A stretch of 64,000 nt of DNA from Camelus dromedarius (GCF_036321535.1 NC_087436.1:115694001-115758000), one strand, 5' to 3'. Counted from the first letter of the stretch, positions 48,260-60,850 are shown. Notes: generated by a model from the sequence alone, not told the origin. Numbers and translations: made by a program.

Positions 48260-49460
48260 ATCTTGAGATTCTTCTCGCGCTGTATTCTCTTCATAGCTTT
48301 TACTGTCCACTCCCATGGTCTAAATTGCCATCTCTTTGCCAAATTTAAGTCCCTAGACTTGATTGCTCTTCAAAGTCCAAACCCACTTACAAGGTACCCG
48401 TAGAACATTTTTCCCTAGGCTATTTCCCAGCTTCATCAAAATTAATAGAATTTATCTCATGGTCTCCCCTAAACCTCTAAGCTAGATCTGGTTCTAAGCA
48501 GTTTTCTCTTTCTTCAAATAGTAATTCCATCCACCTATTTGTTTAAAGCAGAAAACAGGGAGTCAAAAATAGTACCTTCCTCTCCATTATACCACACATC
48601 CACATCCATTCTCTAGTAGTCCTTAAATAGCTCTCATGGGGACTGCTTCTCTCTGTCACCACTGCTTCACCTTGGTCCTGTCACCATCACTTCTGGCATG
48701 GACCACCCTAGTACTTTTGCAACAGGTCTACCAGGATCCACTCTTGTGATCTTCTAATCCATTTTCTATCCACCAGACAAAACAGACCTTTTAATAAGAC
48801 CCCCAATCATGTCATCTCTGCTTTAAGCCTTATGAAGGATTTGTTGGGTTCAGTGGATAGGTTCGACATCTCCCCATTCTTCCCCATAGTCCTATGGGGA
48901 CTATGACCCTTGTGCAATGGACTTAGCTCATACCCATGCATATTAGTGTCTTATTGCTGCTGTAACAAATGACTACAAACTCAAAACAACACAAATGTAT
49001 TATCTTACAGTTTGGGAGTACAAATATTTGGAATGGGTCTCAGGTAGCTGAAAATAAGATATTGGCTGGGCTGTGTTCTTTCTGGAGGAGAAAGGGGAGA
49101 CATCACTTCTGTGTCTTTTCCAGTCTCCATTCCTTGGCTTGGGGCAAAGCCTCACCTCCCTTAACATATTCACACAAATAGCTCTTCTTCTTACACCCTT
49201 TGAGTTTACCCTGATTTGTTCTCTTACGTGCTGCATTTTTTCTATTTAACACTTTTCACCATTGAGCTTAAGTAAATCATGGCGTAATTGTTTATCTGAA
49301 GTCTGGGTGTTCCACCAGACCATGAGCTAACTGACGGCAAAAAACAGTGTTTATATTGTTCACTATTTTTTCTTAATACTTATCACACTGACTAAACCAT
49401 TGTATCTGTGCACTAAATATGTGTTGGTTGAGTTAATGGGCTTGTGAGTAAATAAATACA
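48260..49460 (+). mobile_element. L2 fragments interrupted by an antisense MLT1 fragment (~48938-49140)
   Basis: ccatccacctatttgtttaaagcagaaaacagggagtca (L2); attgctgctgtaacaaatgactacaaa...tattatcttacagtt (MLT1). Confidence 0.7.
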
Positions 49461-49724
49461 TTAATGAAAAATAACCTTTTGATTATAAGCTTAAAGAATG
49501 AGTGACAGGTGGCAGATGATCAGAGGGATCAATATATAGGTCAGGAGAGGAAAATATAATTTTATAAATATAATTTATAAAAATACAGATGCATGAACAT
49601 AACATGTTTGGTGACTATAGATAATTTGAAAAGACTAGAAGGTACACTCCCATCGCTGGTGACGGTGAAAGTACTAAGAAATAAATAGAGGCTAGATCAT
49701 CAACTGCCTTCATCACATAAGATG

Positions 49725-50420
49725 CCATCAGTGGCAAGTAACAGACAGCTAACCTAGTAGGGCTGTAAGTAACAGGGGCTTCTAATTAGTGTCTGGAAGG
49801 AAGTAGCTTCAGATCTGGTTCAATGGCTCAAAGACACTAGGGCACTGGGTTCGAATGTTTGACGTTCTCTTGGCTTTTCCCTCATTATTGCAAGATGGTT
49901 AGATGGCTACCATAGCAACAAGCATCATTAGAGTGCCCCAGAACCATGTCCATATGCAGAGGGCAAGAGTGGGAGTAAACGGACCATCTCTTCAAGCTCT
50001 CCTTTTATTTTTCTAGGGGAGACAGAGTATTTCCATGGGCCTCCAGTAGATTTCTCCTTTTGTTTACAGTCGCCAAATTTGGAAAATAAAAACACAAGAT
50101 CATTAAATATGAATTTCAGATAAGCAATAAACAATGTTTAGTATATTATTTGGAACATACACAAAAAAATAGCTGGCTATTTATCTGAAATTAGAGTTTA
50201 ATTGGGCACCATGTATTTTATTGGACGACTTGTTTCATTAGTAAGAGGGGAGTTCCATGCTCACCCCCAGTCTAGTCACAGGTAACTACTTATGCAATAA
50301 CCGTGACTATCATTGACCGATTGAGCTTATTTCCCTGGGCCTGGGCACATTGCCACAATGAAGGTGCTCTTCCCAAGGATGGGAAGGGCTGATTGTTATA
50401 TGAGCAACTGACTGGGCCCA
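49725..50420 (-). mobile_element. MLT1K-like LTR hosting a MER53
   Basis: ccctcattattgcaagatgg; ttccctgggcctgggcacattgcc. Confidence 0.55.
50066..50231. mobile_element. MER53 palindromic hAT MITE
   Basis: cgccaaatttggaaaataaaaacacaagat...; inverted arms aatttcagataa (50112-50123) and ttatctgaaatt (50181-50192). Confidence 0.85.
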
Positions 50421-50719
50421 CCACCGAGTCTGAGTAAATTGTTGAGGCAATTCTGTTTTATTCTGTGGATAACATGGAAGCATCGAAGGATTTCAGTGAA
50501 GGAATGATGTAATTAATTTAGAAGTTTCTATAAAGATCTCTGTTTTAGTTACATGCAGAATGGCAAAATAAGAGGCAGGGCTATCAGAAAGGAACGTCAG
50601 ATTTGAAACACTTGCTTTAGAATGATGAAGGGGTAAGAGCCAAAACAATAGCAGAAGAAATGTAGAAACATGTAAGAGAATTATAGATGCATATTTATTC
50701 ACCATAGCTGTCAAGATTT

Positions 50720-50950
50720 CAGACTGTGGAACTGAAATGTTTGATGTTACATCCCAGTTTTGTTATAAAATGCCTGTCACCTTGAGCAAGTTTTCTTTGT
50801 CTTACTGGCCTTAGTTTCCTTTATCTGTAAACATGCAGATAATAAAACCATGTGGTGTATTATCAGCATTGAGTGAGGTCATACAGGTAAAGTGCTTAGC
50901 AAAGGAAAGGAGCATAATGTGCTTTAAGTAAATGTTAGATGCTTTTTATT
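50720..50950 (+). mobile_element. MIR SINE
   Basis: accttgagcaagtt...ccttagtttcctttatctgtaaa...gtaaagtgcttagca. Confidence 0.85.
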
Positions 50951-51413
50951 AATTTGGTTGTTATTGTTAGTTTCTTATTTGTATGGATTGTGACCAATTA
51001 GATATGGTGTGGAAAGAAAAAGATCAGGGGTCCCCCAAGATCTGATCCACCCATCATCTTTCCCGTCTCAGCTGATGACAATTCCTTAGCTGCAGATGCT
51101 CAGGGCAAAACCCTCCGTGTCACCACTGACTCCAGTTTCTCACCTCATATTCAGTTCTCCAGGAATTCCTCTTGGCGCTATACTCCAAACACATCCAGAA
51201 CTCTGCCATTGTCACTTCCTCCACTGCTGGTTCTTTGGTCTGAGCCACCACCACCATCATCTCTCGGTGGATCACTGCAACACGGATCTAATTGTCCTCC
51301 CGGCTTTCACTCTTGCCCCCGTAGCAACCCATTCTTCAGCACAGCAGCCAAAGTAATTAAACAGTCAGATTGTGCCATTTCTTTGCTCAAAAACGTACAA
51401 TGGCTTCTCATTT

Positions 51414-52574
51414 TATTGCTGAACCCACGTTCATGTGCCTGACTCATAATTAGGTCAAACAAACCAAAATGTTGGCATTTGGAGCAGAGAAAGGTTTATT
51501 GCAATGCCAAGCAAGGAGAACGGGATGCTTGTGCTCAGAAGACCCAACGTCCCTGATGGCTTTCAGGGAGGAGTTTGTATAGACAGCATTTGCAGGGAGG
51601 TCTAGAGGGTGCTCTGATAGGTTGACCGGGAGGTAATAGGTTGGTGCTCCAGGAATCTCTATCATCAGCCTTCTGGTTCCAGCCAGTTTTGGGTCCACTG
51701 CTTGTACTCAGCCTGAAGTTACCATCCTCCACCTGAGTGGGGCCTTAGTTCTGGTAGAAGAACTCAGAGATTTGTATCAGCTTGTTACGGATATCCTTTG
51801 TGGAGAAATGGGACCCTGCTTTATGCTCTACCACTGTTTCTTACTTTTTTAATTTTAGTTCTTTTTTTTATTGAAGTGTAGTTAATTTATTTTGTGTTTC
51901 TCATGTTCAGTGTGGTGATTCAGTTTTATATATATATATACATATATATATTCTTTTTCATTATAGGTTATTATAAGATATTGAATTAGTTCCCTGGGCT
52001 TTACAGCAGGACCTTGTTATTTACCTATTTATATATAGTAGCTTGTACACATTAATCCCGAATTCCTGATTTATTCCTCCCTGCCTTTCCCCTTTGGTGG
52101 CCATAAGTTTGTTTTCTATGTCTGAGAGTCTTCTTCTATTTTGTAAATGAGTTCATTTGATGAATGGATAAAGAAGATGTGACATGTATATCACATGGAT
52201 ATATGGAATGGAATGCTACTCTGCCATAAAGAAGAATGGAATAATGTCATTTGCAGCAACATGAATGGGCCTAGAGACTATCATACTAAGTGAAGTAAGT
52301 CAGACAGAGAAAGACAAATATCATATATTACTTATAAGTAAAATCTAAATCAAAAAGATGATACAAATGAACTTATGCACCATTGTTTCTTGACTGCCTT
52401 CCATTTGTTTCTGCATTCTTTCACTCCTCTAACTAGTAACTGTTTGAATCTGTCCTTTAGCACTCAGGGAAAGCATAGGAGGCTGTAACTTTTTTATTAC
52501 AAACAACAAACTAGGCATATGGAAAGGCTTTTGTACCTGGGAGGGCCCCATAGAGTGGTTTTGCTTAGGGGTCA
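51414..52574 (-). mobile_element. ERV1-class solo LTR (LTR39/MER4-group-like) with 4-bp TSD attt, containing an L1
   Basis: Termini tattgctga.../...gggtca; TSD attt at 51410-51413 and 52575-52578; tttggagcagagaaaggtttattgc carries the minus-strand aataaa. Confidence 0.8.
51843..52378 (-). mobile_element. Cetartiodactyl L1 3' end with 5' inversion (twin priming)
   Basis: T-rich tail at left, antisense 3' UTR to 52158, sense ORF2-end segment 52159-52375, TSD accaYtgtttctt at 51830-51842 and 52379-52391. Confidence 0.92.
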
Positions 52575-52580
52575 ATTTTA

Positions 52581-52618
<38 letters not shown>

Positions 52619-53359
52619 AAGTGCTTACACTCTACATGACTCCCCATTACCTCGTCTGCTTCACCAGCTACTGCTCCCCTGGCTCTCTCCCCTTCAGACA
52701 CCTCAGCTTTCTTTTCTTCCAACACCCATGCTTAGAGCCTTGGCCCCAGCTGATTCTTCTGCTTGGAACACTCATCCTACGGGTCTCTAAATCCCAAATT
52801 TTCTTCTCTTCATCAGCCTCTGCTCAAATCACATCCAGGTGATGAGGCTGCCCTCAATTACCCTATATACAACTTCAGACTGACACTCACCCACCACCAA
52901 CCTGGCATTCAAGATTGTCTTTATCCAGTCTTCTTTTTTTATGCCTTTGTTATAGCTCTTATTGCATCCTAACGTATAATATAATTTATTTCTTATTATA
53001 ATTATTATTTACTGTGTGATCTTTCCTCCTTCACTAGAATGTTAGCCATGCCATAGCTAGCATCTTTATATCTTTTGTTTTTTAATATAGCAAAGCACTC
53101 AAAACAATGTCTGATATGTATTAGGTATTCAACAGGTATTTGTTAATATATATATTAATTAATATACATAAATTAATACATATATATGAAGGTTTTGCTT
53201 TGCCTACACAGATGTCATTTATTCTTTGTGTATTAAAAACTAATAGCTATTAAGTGTTTGCTCTATACCAGGCAGGTCTGACTGCCTTAAATCTGTACCA
53301 GAAACTTATAGTCTGCATCCTTCTGGAGCAGTACATCACAGCCAATAAGAGCCATGGTT

Positions 53360-53770
53360 AGTCAGCAGAGAATATCTCAGGATCTTAAGCCATAAATCAC
53401 AGCTTTGAGTTCAGATCCTGCCACTTACTAGGTGTGACGCCCTGGACACGTGATGTAACCCCCTCTCCCTCCTGCCTCGGTACCAAGATTTTCTCATCTT
53501 TGAAATTGAGTATAATTTTAGAGCTGCCTCATAATATTGTTGTAACTATAAAAAGAGTTAACACATATAAAGTATTGAGATGACATCTGGAACAGAGTAT
53601 ACAGTGAACAAATGTTAGCTATTATTACTACAACAAATACTTTACTAATTTTATGTACACGTTGTGAAACCTAAGGATCAGAAAAGCCAATTAACTTGGC
53701 CAAGGTCAAGTCGGTGGCTAAGTGGCATTCAGACCCCTGATTCCCAAACTACATTTTTAACCACCATGCA
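53360..53770. mobile_element. Two adjacent MIRs in opposite orientation (+ 53360-53630; - 53640-53770)
   Basis: gagttcagatcctgccacttactaggtgtgac (+); aacttggccaaggtca (-). Confidence 0.75.
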
Positions 53771-54439
53771 ACAAGGAACACAAAAAAAGGAACACTTGGG
53801 GGAAAATATAATGAGTTAAAATGTGGATTTCTGTATCTTCACCCCAGAATATTTTCTACCTAAATTTAGACTTCTTAGAGAATATCGAATTTCTGGCTAT
53901 ATATTTAATTTTCTCTCAAAGTTAGCTTGAAGCAGACTTGATCTTTGGAAGACAGCAGGGTTCATGTGATTATTTTCCTGGCCTTTGCCAAAAGTCAGTC
54001 ATTTAAAAGTCTTCGTGGCACACGACCAACTGCTTTATACATCAGCTGCTCTGTGAAAAAGTTGAAAATGTGATAGATTTGCTGACAAGCACATTTCATG
54101 TTTGATGTGCATAAATTTTTTGCAATGATAAAAATAGAAGCAGTTAAGAGTTACTGAGTGGCTTGTTTTTCCTTCTGTCTCTTGAATATTTTGATCTTAA
54201 GATAGAGCAGGTGTCTTGCTTGTTTCCACCTGTATTTTCCAGTTTCAACTCTCTCATCATGTATTACTTCATGTATAAAAAAGTATTCATACCTACTATG
54301 AGCAACATTAAATGTTAGTTGCCTGGGGTCAAATAGACAAGTAATAAATATTGCATTACAATTTAGGAGAAGAAATGGAAAATTGTGTGTTTGTCAAATC
54401 TAACATTAAAACTTAGGAGGCATAGTCATTCTGCAACTG

Positions 54440-54990
54440 AAGCACTGTGGTAGCCTATCCATCCATCCAGGATTCTCTAAGCCATTCTGCACCCATTAGC
54501 CACGCTGTCTTCATCTCACTGTGAATCTAGCCATATTTCTCTCTCTCCCACATAAAGCCCTTTGAAGGTTTCCCATTGGAGTAAAATCCAAAATCATCAC
54601 CATGACCAGGAACACTATGTTTGATCTTGCCCATTTCTATCTCTCCTAGCCCACTTCCCACTAATCTTGACCCTTCTCACCCCATTCCACTGCACTAACC
54701 ACTTTTTCTTTCTCTCAAACATTCTAAGATGGTTTTTGACTCAGAATATTAACACTTGCTGTCTTTCTGTGTTGTACGTTCTTCTCACAGATCTTCACAT
54801 AGCTAACTGCTTCTTATTATTTCCAAGTTAACCATAGTCCCTTCTTTTTGAGGCTGTCCTCTAGTGTACATTTTAAGTAATAGGCAGGGATTTTTGTCCC
54901 TCTTAATCTCTGTAGCATCCTCATTGCTCAAAGTATCAGCTACATAATAGATGTCCCTTAAATGACTATTGCTGACTGACTGATTAATTT
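54440..54990 (+). mobile_element. L2 3' portion
   Basis: gagtaaaatccaaaatc; acttgctgtctttctg; ends aaatgactattgctgactgactga. Confidence 0.7.
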
Positions 54991-55298
54991 ACTGGCTATG
55001 TGAATGCATCTGCAATGTATCTGAAGTCTCCAATCCTCAGTGCCAAAAAATTAAAGCCATACAGAAGATTCTGTGAGATGTTCTAAAAAGGAGCAATCAT
55101 GCTAGAATGGTTATCAGGAACTGGTTCATTGAGAAAGTGTTGGATTTCAAATAATGATTACTTATAATTGTTATTGCTGTAGAAATAACTAGAATCTGGC
55201 ATGTGTACAACAATATTCTAAGTCTGTTCTCTAGATAATGTTATTTAATTTTCATAAAGTCCCAGTGAACAGATCCTCGTTGTATAAGTGCAGGCACT

Positions 55299-55649
55299 TG
55301 ACTTAGCTACCTTGGGCTGTTGTAACAAAATACCAGAGATTAGGTGGCTTATCAACAAGGAGTGTTTATTTCTCGCAGTTTTGGGAAGAGGACGTCTGAC
55401 CCAGGGTGCCAGCATGGTCAGGTGAGTCCTCTTCTGAGTCCCAAACTTCTGGTTGTGTCTTCACGTGGTGGGAGGGGCAAGGGAGCCCTGTGGGGTCCCT
55501 TTTGTAAGGGCACTAATCTCAGTTAGGAGGGCTCTACCCTCACGATCTAATCACCTCCCAAAGGCTCCACCTCCTAACACCATCACAAGAGCATTAAGAT
55601 TTTAACCTATGAGTTTTAGAGGGACACAAACATCAGACTACAGACCACA
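55299..55649 (-). mobile_element. MLT1A/MST-type MaLR LTR inserted in an antisense MIR
   Basis: gctgttgtaacaaaatacca...gggcactaatc...ctaatcacctcccaaaggctccacctcctaacaccatcac; near-TSD gcact/ggact. Confidence 0.9.
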
Positions 55650-55845
55650 GGACTAAAGCTAGAAGATACTAGTGACAGAAACACGATTGCACAGCTAGTG
55701 AGGAGCAGAGCTGGAATTTGGACCTAGACAGACCGTAGAATTCACACATTCACTTGTAATGCTGTATTGAACTTGGACACGTGAGGAATAAAGGAAAAGC
55801 CATCCAGTTGGAAAGAAAACTGTGATCAAAGATAAGGAAGAAGGT

Positions 55846-55995
55846 GGGGGAGTGTATGGCTCAAGTGGAAGAGCGCATGCTCAGCATGCATGAGGTCATG
55901 GGTTCAATCCCCAGCACCTCCTCTAAAAGTAAATAAGTAAGTAAAACTAATTACCTCCCCCCAACCAAAAAAGAAAGAAAGAAAGAAAGAAAGAA
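55846..55995 (+). mobile_element. Vic-1-type camelid SINE with 3' extension and (GAAA)n tail
   Basis: A box tggctcaagtgg, B box ggttcaatccc, TSD aaagataaggaaga at 55828-55841 and 55996-56009. Confidence 0.95.
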
Positions 55996-56239
55996 AAAGA
56001 TAAGGAAGAGGGAACATGCAAATTACATATCAGGAGTTAGGCTAGAATTCAGTGGATGAGCAAAAATGATAAACATGATAAACATGAATTTGAAAAGCAG
56101 TTTGAAATCAGGTCATGGAGGGGCTTGAGTGGCAGGTGGAGAGTGTTGCAGTGATTTATTAAAAAAAAAATGAAGGCCTTTGGCGAAGGGATTGGCATGA
56201 CTTGATTTTGGTTTTACAATGATGGGGAGAACAATTAGA

Positions 56240-56790
56240 AATTATAACCTCAAACAAGAAGTCACTGATGTTTAGTCTACTATTAATAAAATATTTCCCC
56301 AAGGTATTTTGACTTAAAAATATCCTTAAAAATATTCAATCACTATGTTGTCAGTATTATTAACTTTATTTTACAGATAAGAACAATTAAATTTAAAATA
56401 ATGATGCTCAGAAAAAGCAAGCAATTTAAAATATACAAGGTGAAATGGCAAACACGCCTAAAACTAGCGATTTTCAAGCAATCTCTGGGTCAAGTCTTGG
56501 ATGTTCACCCACAGAGGAAAGCAGAGTTGTCACAACTGTTCCATCTCATGCAGTGGCTCCAGGTGAGCGCTCCTTACAGGCATTGTCTCTACTTACAAAG
56601 AGGCAACATTTCCAAGAAACAAAGACTCTTAGTTTTGAGTATCAACTCTGGGCTTGCCAGCAATTTGTCTCTGGAGAATTTATTGATCTTTGCTTTGCCT
56701 CGGCTGCAAAGGGTTCTGTAAATCAAATGAACTATAAAGTACAAAGTCCTTAGACCAGTGCCTAGTATTAAATAAACTCTCTAAAATGTT
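56240..56790. mobile_element. Two degenerate MIRs (- 56240-56500; + 56620-56790)
   Basis: attttacagataagaa (-); tataaagtacaaagtccttagaccagtgcctag (+). Confidence 0.55.
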
Positions 56791-58259
56791 TTGTCATGTG
56801 TGATTCCTCATAATAATTCCGTTGGTGCTACCATTTCCTTTAATACACGGGAGGATTAAAGCCCCGTCTAAGGACCTTATGCCCTAGAAATAAGAATGCC
56901 AGGGAAGAGGAAAGCCCCTGTCAAGAATGACAGATACATGATCACTCTTTCTGGAGAATCTGTGCATTATCGCAGATACGGAAAATTGCCGGTAATTATT
57001 AAGTCCTCAAACATGAAAATGTGAGAAAGCCACGTTTCTCCTTCACTGAGAAGAAGCTAGGACCACGGATGATGAAGAAGGGTTGCCAATATCCCAGCAA
57101 CATTCATGAATGAATGAATTCATGAATTCATTGAGAATTTGATGGTCCAGCCCAGTTAAAGTCCTGACCCTTGGGGAACAAAAATTCCCTATTGTCCAAT
57201 CTTATTATCCAGTTCTTAATCTCCTGCACTTTCTGCTGCCCCTTTGATCTGATTTGGGCAGGATTCAAGAGTACTTCTGGACATCAGATCAAAATGCCAG
57301 TCTTTTTTTTTTCCCTAGCCCTGTGAGCCTAGAAGAGCTATTTAACCTCTGCACCTGCATTTCCTCGTATGTAAATGACCATAGTGATTCTCAACTTTGA
57401 AGCATCTTCAAGTTAACAGTTGAGCATAGAAATGCATGGTGTACCTTCGGTATTTAATAATGATTATAAGAACACTGACAGATACTGTTAGTGGGTACAT
57501 CCAGGGGCTCCAAATGCTTTGCTCAAAACAAGTATTATGCTGACTGGGGTACAGACGGGAAGTACAGAGTGCTGAACCCCTCCCTCCATCCTCCCTCCTC
57601 CCCAGACTGAGCGCTCGCTCTGTCCCTGTGGCCCAGGGTCCTGCCATCTCCGTCAGCTCTACCATTATGTCAGTGCCTGAAAGACTCACCTCAGAGAGAG
57701 GAACCTCTGAAGACAAGGAGAAAGGCAGCTGGATGAACAAATGCAGGCTTTCATCATCTCCTCCCCACAGACCGGCTGGAGCAAAAGTTCAAAATAACGT
57801 TAAGGCTGTTGGCGAAAAACTGCCAAAACGCCTCCTCCTTCTCGTGCGGTGTCCAGCTTCTCCAGGACGTGCCACACTTGACTGCTCTGGCTCTGGGCCA
57901 GCTCCCTGTTCCCGCGTGCGCTGGCCTGGCTCCTCAGCTCGGCGTACATCTGTGCCCCTTGAGGGGCTCTGAGACTATTCCGGTGTCTTTAATAAGCACT
58001 TGGGGAACTACTTCTTGCAATGTTCCTTTTGTCACAAGAACAGTTCTGTGACACAGCAGAAAAGGAGAAGTGAATGATACCAGTGAGTAAATAAGGCTCT
58101 TTCATGGCTGGTGAAGGAGTGATGAGCTTGAAGCCAGAAGGTGTTTTACTGAGGTCATGTCCTTACTCTGTGACCCTGGAAATGAAGCAGAGAAGACTTT
58201 GACTCGTGGTGGTGTGACTCACATGCAGTTTAAGGAAGTGTCAGTAAGGAGACAGGCGC

Positions 58260-58690
58260 ACACACTGTCCCATTCCATCCTCTCAACGATCCTGGGGAAG
58301 AAGAGTGTTTATTTTCTCCATTTTTGCAGGTAAGGAAAAAAGCTCAGAGAGATTAAGGGAGCGGTGTGAAATCACACAGCTGGCAAGTCACACGGAAGGA
58401 GCTGAACTCGGACCATCTCATTTGCAGCTTTTGCTTTTACTGTAAACCCCACAGCCTGAGCTACCAAGAACATGAGGTTTGGAGCCCATAGTGAGTTCTC
58501 AATCTCATGACGACCTTTCTGCTTTGTTAGCTGTGTGATGCCAGACAAACAGCTTGGCCTCTCTGAGCCTTCATCTTCCTTGTCTGTGAAATAATAACAC
58601 TAATAACCTCTTTCTTGCAGTGTAGGAGTCTACATGATGCAGGGGAGGATTTTAAGATTGTGTTTAGAAAATGCCTAATCCACCCTTTCC
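58260..58690. mobile_element. Two adjacent MIRs in opposite orientation (- 58260-58450; + 58470-58690)
   Basis: ctccatttttgcaggtaaggaaaaaagctcagagagattaagg (-); cctctctgagccttcatcttccttgtctgtgaaat (+). Confidence 0.8.
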
Positions 58691-60149
58691 ACATGGTTTT
58701 CTACACAGTACTGCCCACATTCCACGTAAACAGACCCCAGCCTTGCCTCTTAACAGCGTGTGTGACTATCAATGAATCATTTCAAACCTTCAAGTCTCAC
58801 GTACATGGAGTGGGGCTAAATCTGACTTACCCATATTTTTATTAAGAAGATTAAGTAGGAAAAATACGATACAGAGCAACCCACACATCATAGATGTTTA
58901 TTTTTCTCTCTTTAGGTGGATCTTGTGTCCTTTCTGTTTAAAAGTTATAAGAGTTTTATCTACCTCACTGCATCAAATCAGATTAGCCTTTTGATATACT
59001 TAGTTTATACTGGAAAAATGGACAAGAATGTTAAATGGAAGCTAAAGATTACTATCATTACTTAATTATTTTAATTCTATGAATAATTATAAAGAATGAG
59101 CAATTAATGCCATGCACTTAATTCCCTACTGCTTTTTAACTTTATTCACTTTTCCAGGGCCCTTAATTTTATAATCCATTTTTTTTTTACATATAAGAAA
59201 ACAGTGTGCCACTTGTCTAGTCTGTTTCTAAGAATTGTTGATCCTAGCAGAGAGAAGATATTTTTAAAAATGAGCTGTAACTAGCGTATGTGAACACTGA
59301 TTCAAAAACTCTGATATTTTTTGCACTATCTTTTCTTCATCATTTCACAATTATTACTCCGTGTGCTAATGATCAATCCCCCAATTTCTGGGTGATTGCC
59401 CTATTAATGACAGAGTGATGAGAATGGAATTAAATATTTGCACTAGGGGTTATGCTTAATTGAGTTCCCTCTCTGCTTATTGCAATCTTCGGGTTTTGAA
59501 AATTAAAGCCAATAGAAATGATGCCATTTGGAAATATGGCTAAAATTAGAAGTCTCTTAACTATGATAAAAAAAATTCTGCAGAGCCTTGGACTTTAAAA
59601 ATTTTATGTTCAGACACATGGTGTAATTTTAGAAACAAAGCGTGGTTCATTTCTAATTTTTTTAAAAAAAATTGTCCGTATTACAATGAGCACACATTGT
59701 TCAAGAGACTGTCAAACACTTAGGAGTGAAAAGGAGATAACATAAAGCCTAAAGTAGTTTAATATGCAACATTCATCTCACTTAACTTACAGTGCATCTT
59801 GAGGAAGAAACTGTCTTTATCCTTATTGGCAGGGACAAAATTGAAACTCACACATTCACTCAAGTACAAACACTTATTTGGGATCTGGGATGCTGGATAT
59901 TAGGACCTCCTGTTTGGCACTTGGGATATATCTGTGAATGGAGCATGCAAGACCTCTATTCTCACTCCACTATTTATTCTAGTGGTGCAAACAGATCATA
60001 AGAAAAATTTAAAAATAGGTAGTCAGAAATGTGTTAATTGTGTTAAGCACTGAGTGTTGAATATAAGCCAGCCACGAGAAGATTCTGCATCCTAGAGGGT
60101 GAAGCAAGAGTAAAGACCTAGAAAAGGGAGAGAAGACACAAAGCAGACA

Positions 60150-60850
60150 AAATTGACCGAAGCCAGGGACCAAGGGGAACATGGCAGGGTTGAGTTCAGA
60201 CAGTGGTGCGTTGGCCAGGTTCTATACAACTTTGTATAAGACAGCAAAGAACTTCTATTTCATTCCAAGAATAATGGGGAGGCACTGAAAGTTTTGAAGA
60301 AGAGTCATTATTGAATTATTTAAAAAACAGATTTGGCTATTATTCTCTGGAAAAATGGACAACAGAGGGCAAGAGAAGCCAGTTAAGATGCTATTAAGGT
60401 CGCCCAGAAAGAAGATGACGTGAATTTGTACCAGGATAGGGGTATCAGAGATGGATATGAGACTTAGCAGTTTCCAAAAACAGGACTGATGTTAGATTGC
60501 ATATGAGAGGATGAGAAAAAAGGATAAATTGTGGAATTTCTGCTTGAGCAATTAGATTCATAAAGGTTTCATTTACTGATAAGGAAAACTGTGAACATAG
60601 CAATTTGGTGTCTGTTTTTCTTTTAAAAAATATGGTGCAGGAGATATTAACTGTTCTATTTGTGCATGTTGTTTGAAATATAAAACTGAAGATGTCCAGC
60701 AGACAGTTGGGCATATGTTTGAAGCTCAAGATGTTCGTCTTGCCGATACAAATTTGGGTTTTCAGCTTGTTTATGCAATTTAAAGCTATGGGCCAGCGTG
60801 AGATCACCTAAAGGAAGAGTTTTTGCAGAGAAAAGTAGAAAACATAAACC
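60150..60850 (-). mobile_element. L2 fragment, antisense
   Basis: gaagccagttaagatgctatt; gaagatgtccagcagacagttgg; tttaaagctatggg. Confidence 0.75.

Larger units (their letters stand above)
51050..53150 (+). mobile_element. L2a 3' portion split by an ERV1 LTR
   Basis: L2 text ...aatggcttctcattt resumes after the LTR as ...agccaaagtgcttaca and runs to aggtattcaacaggtatttgttaa. Confidence 0.85.

Noticed and set aside
57809..57826. NFI site ttggc...gccaa
   Set aside because: Spacer is 8 nt rather than 5
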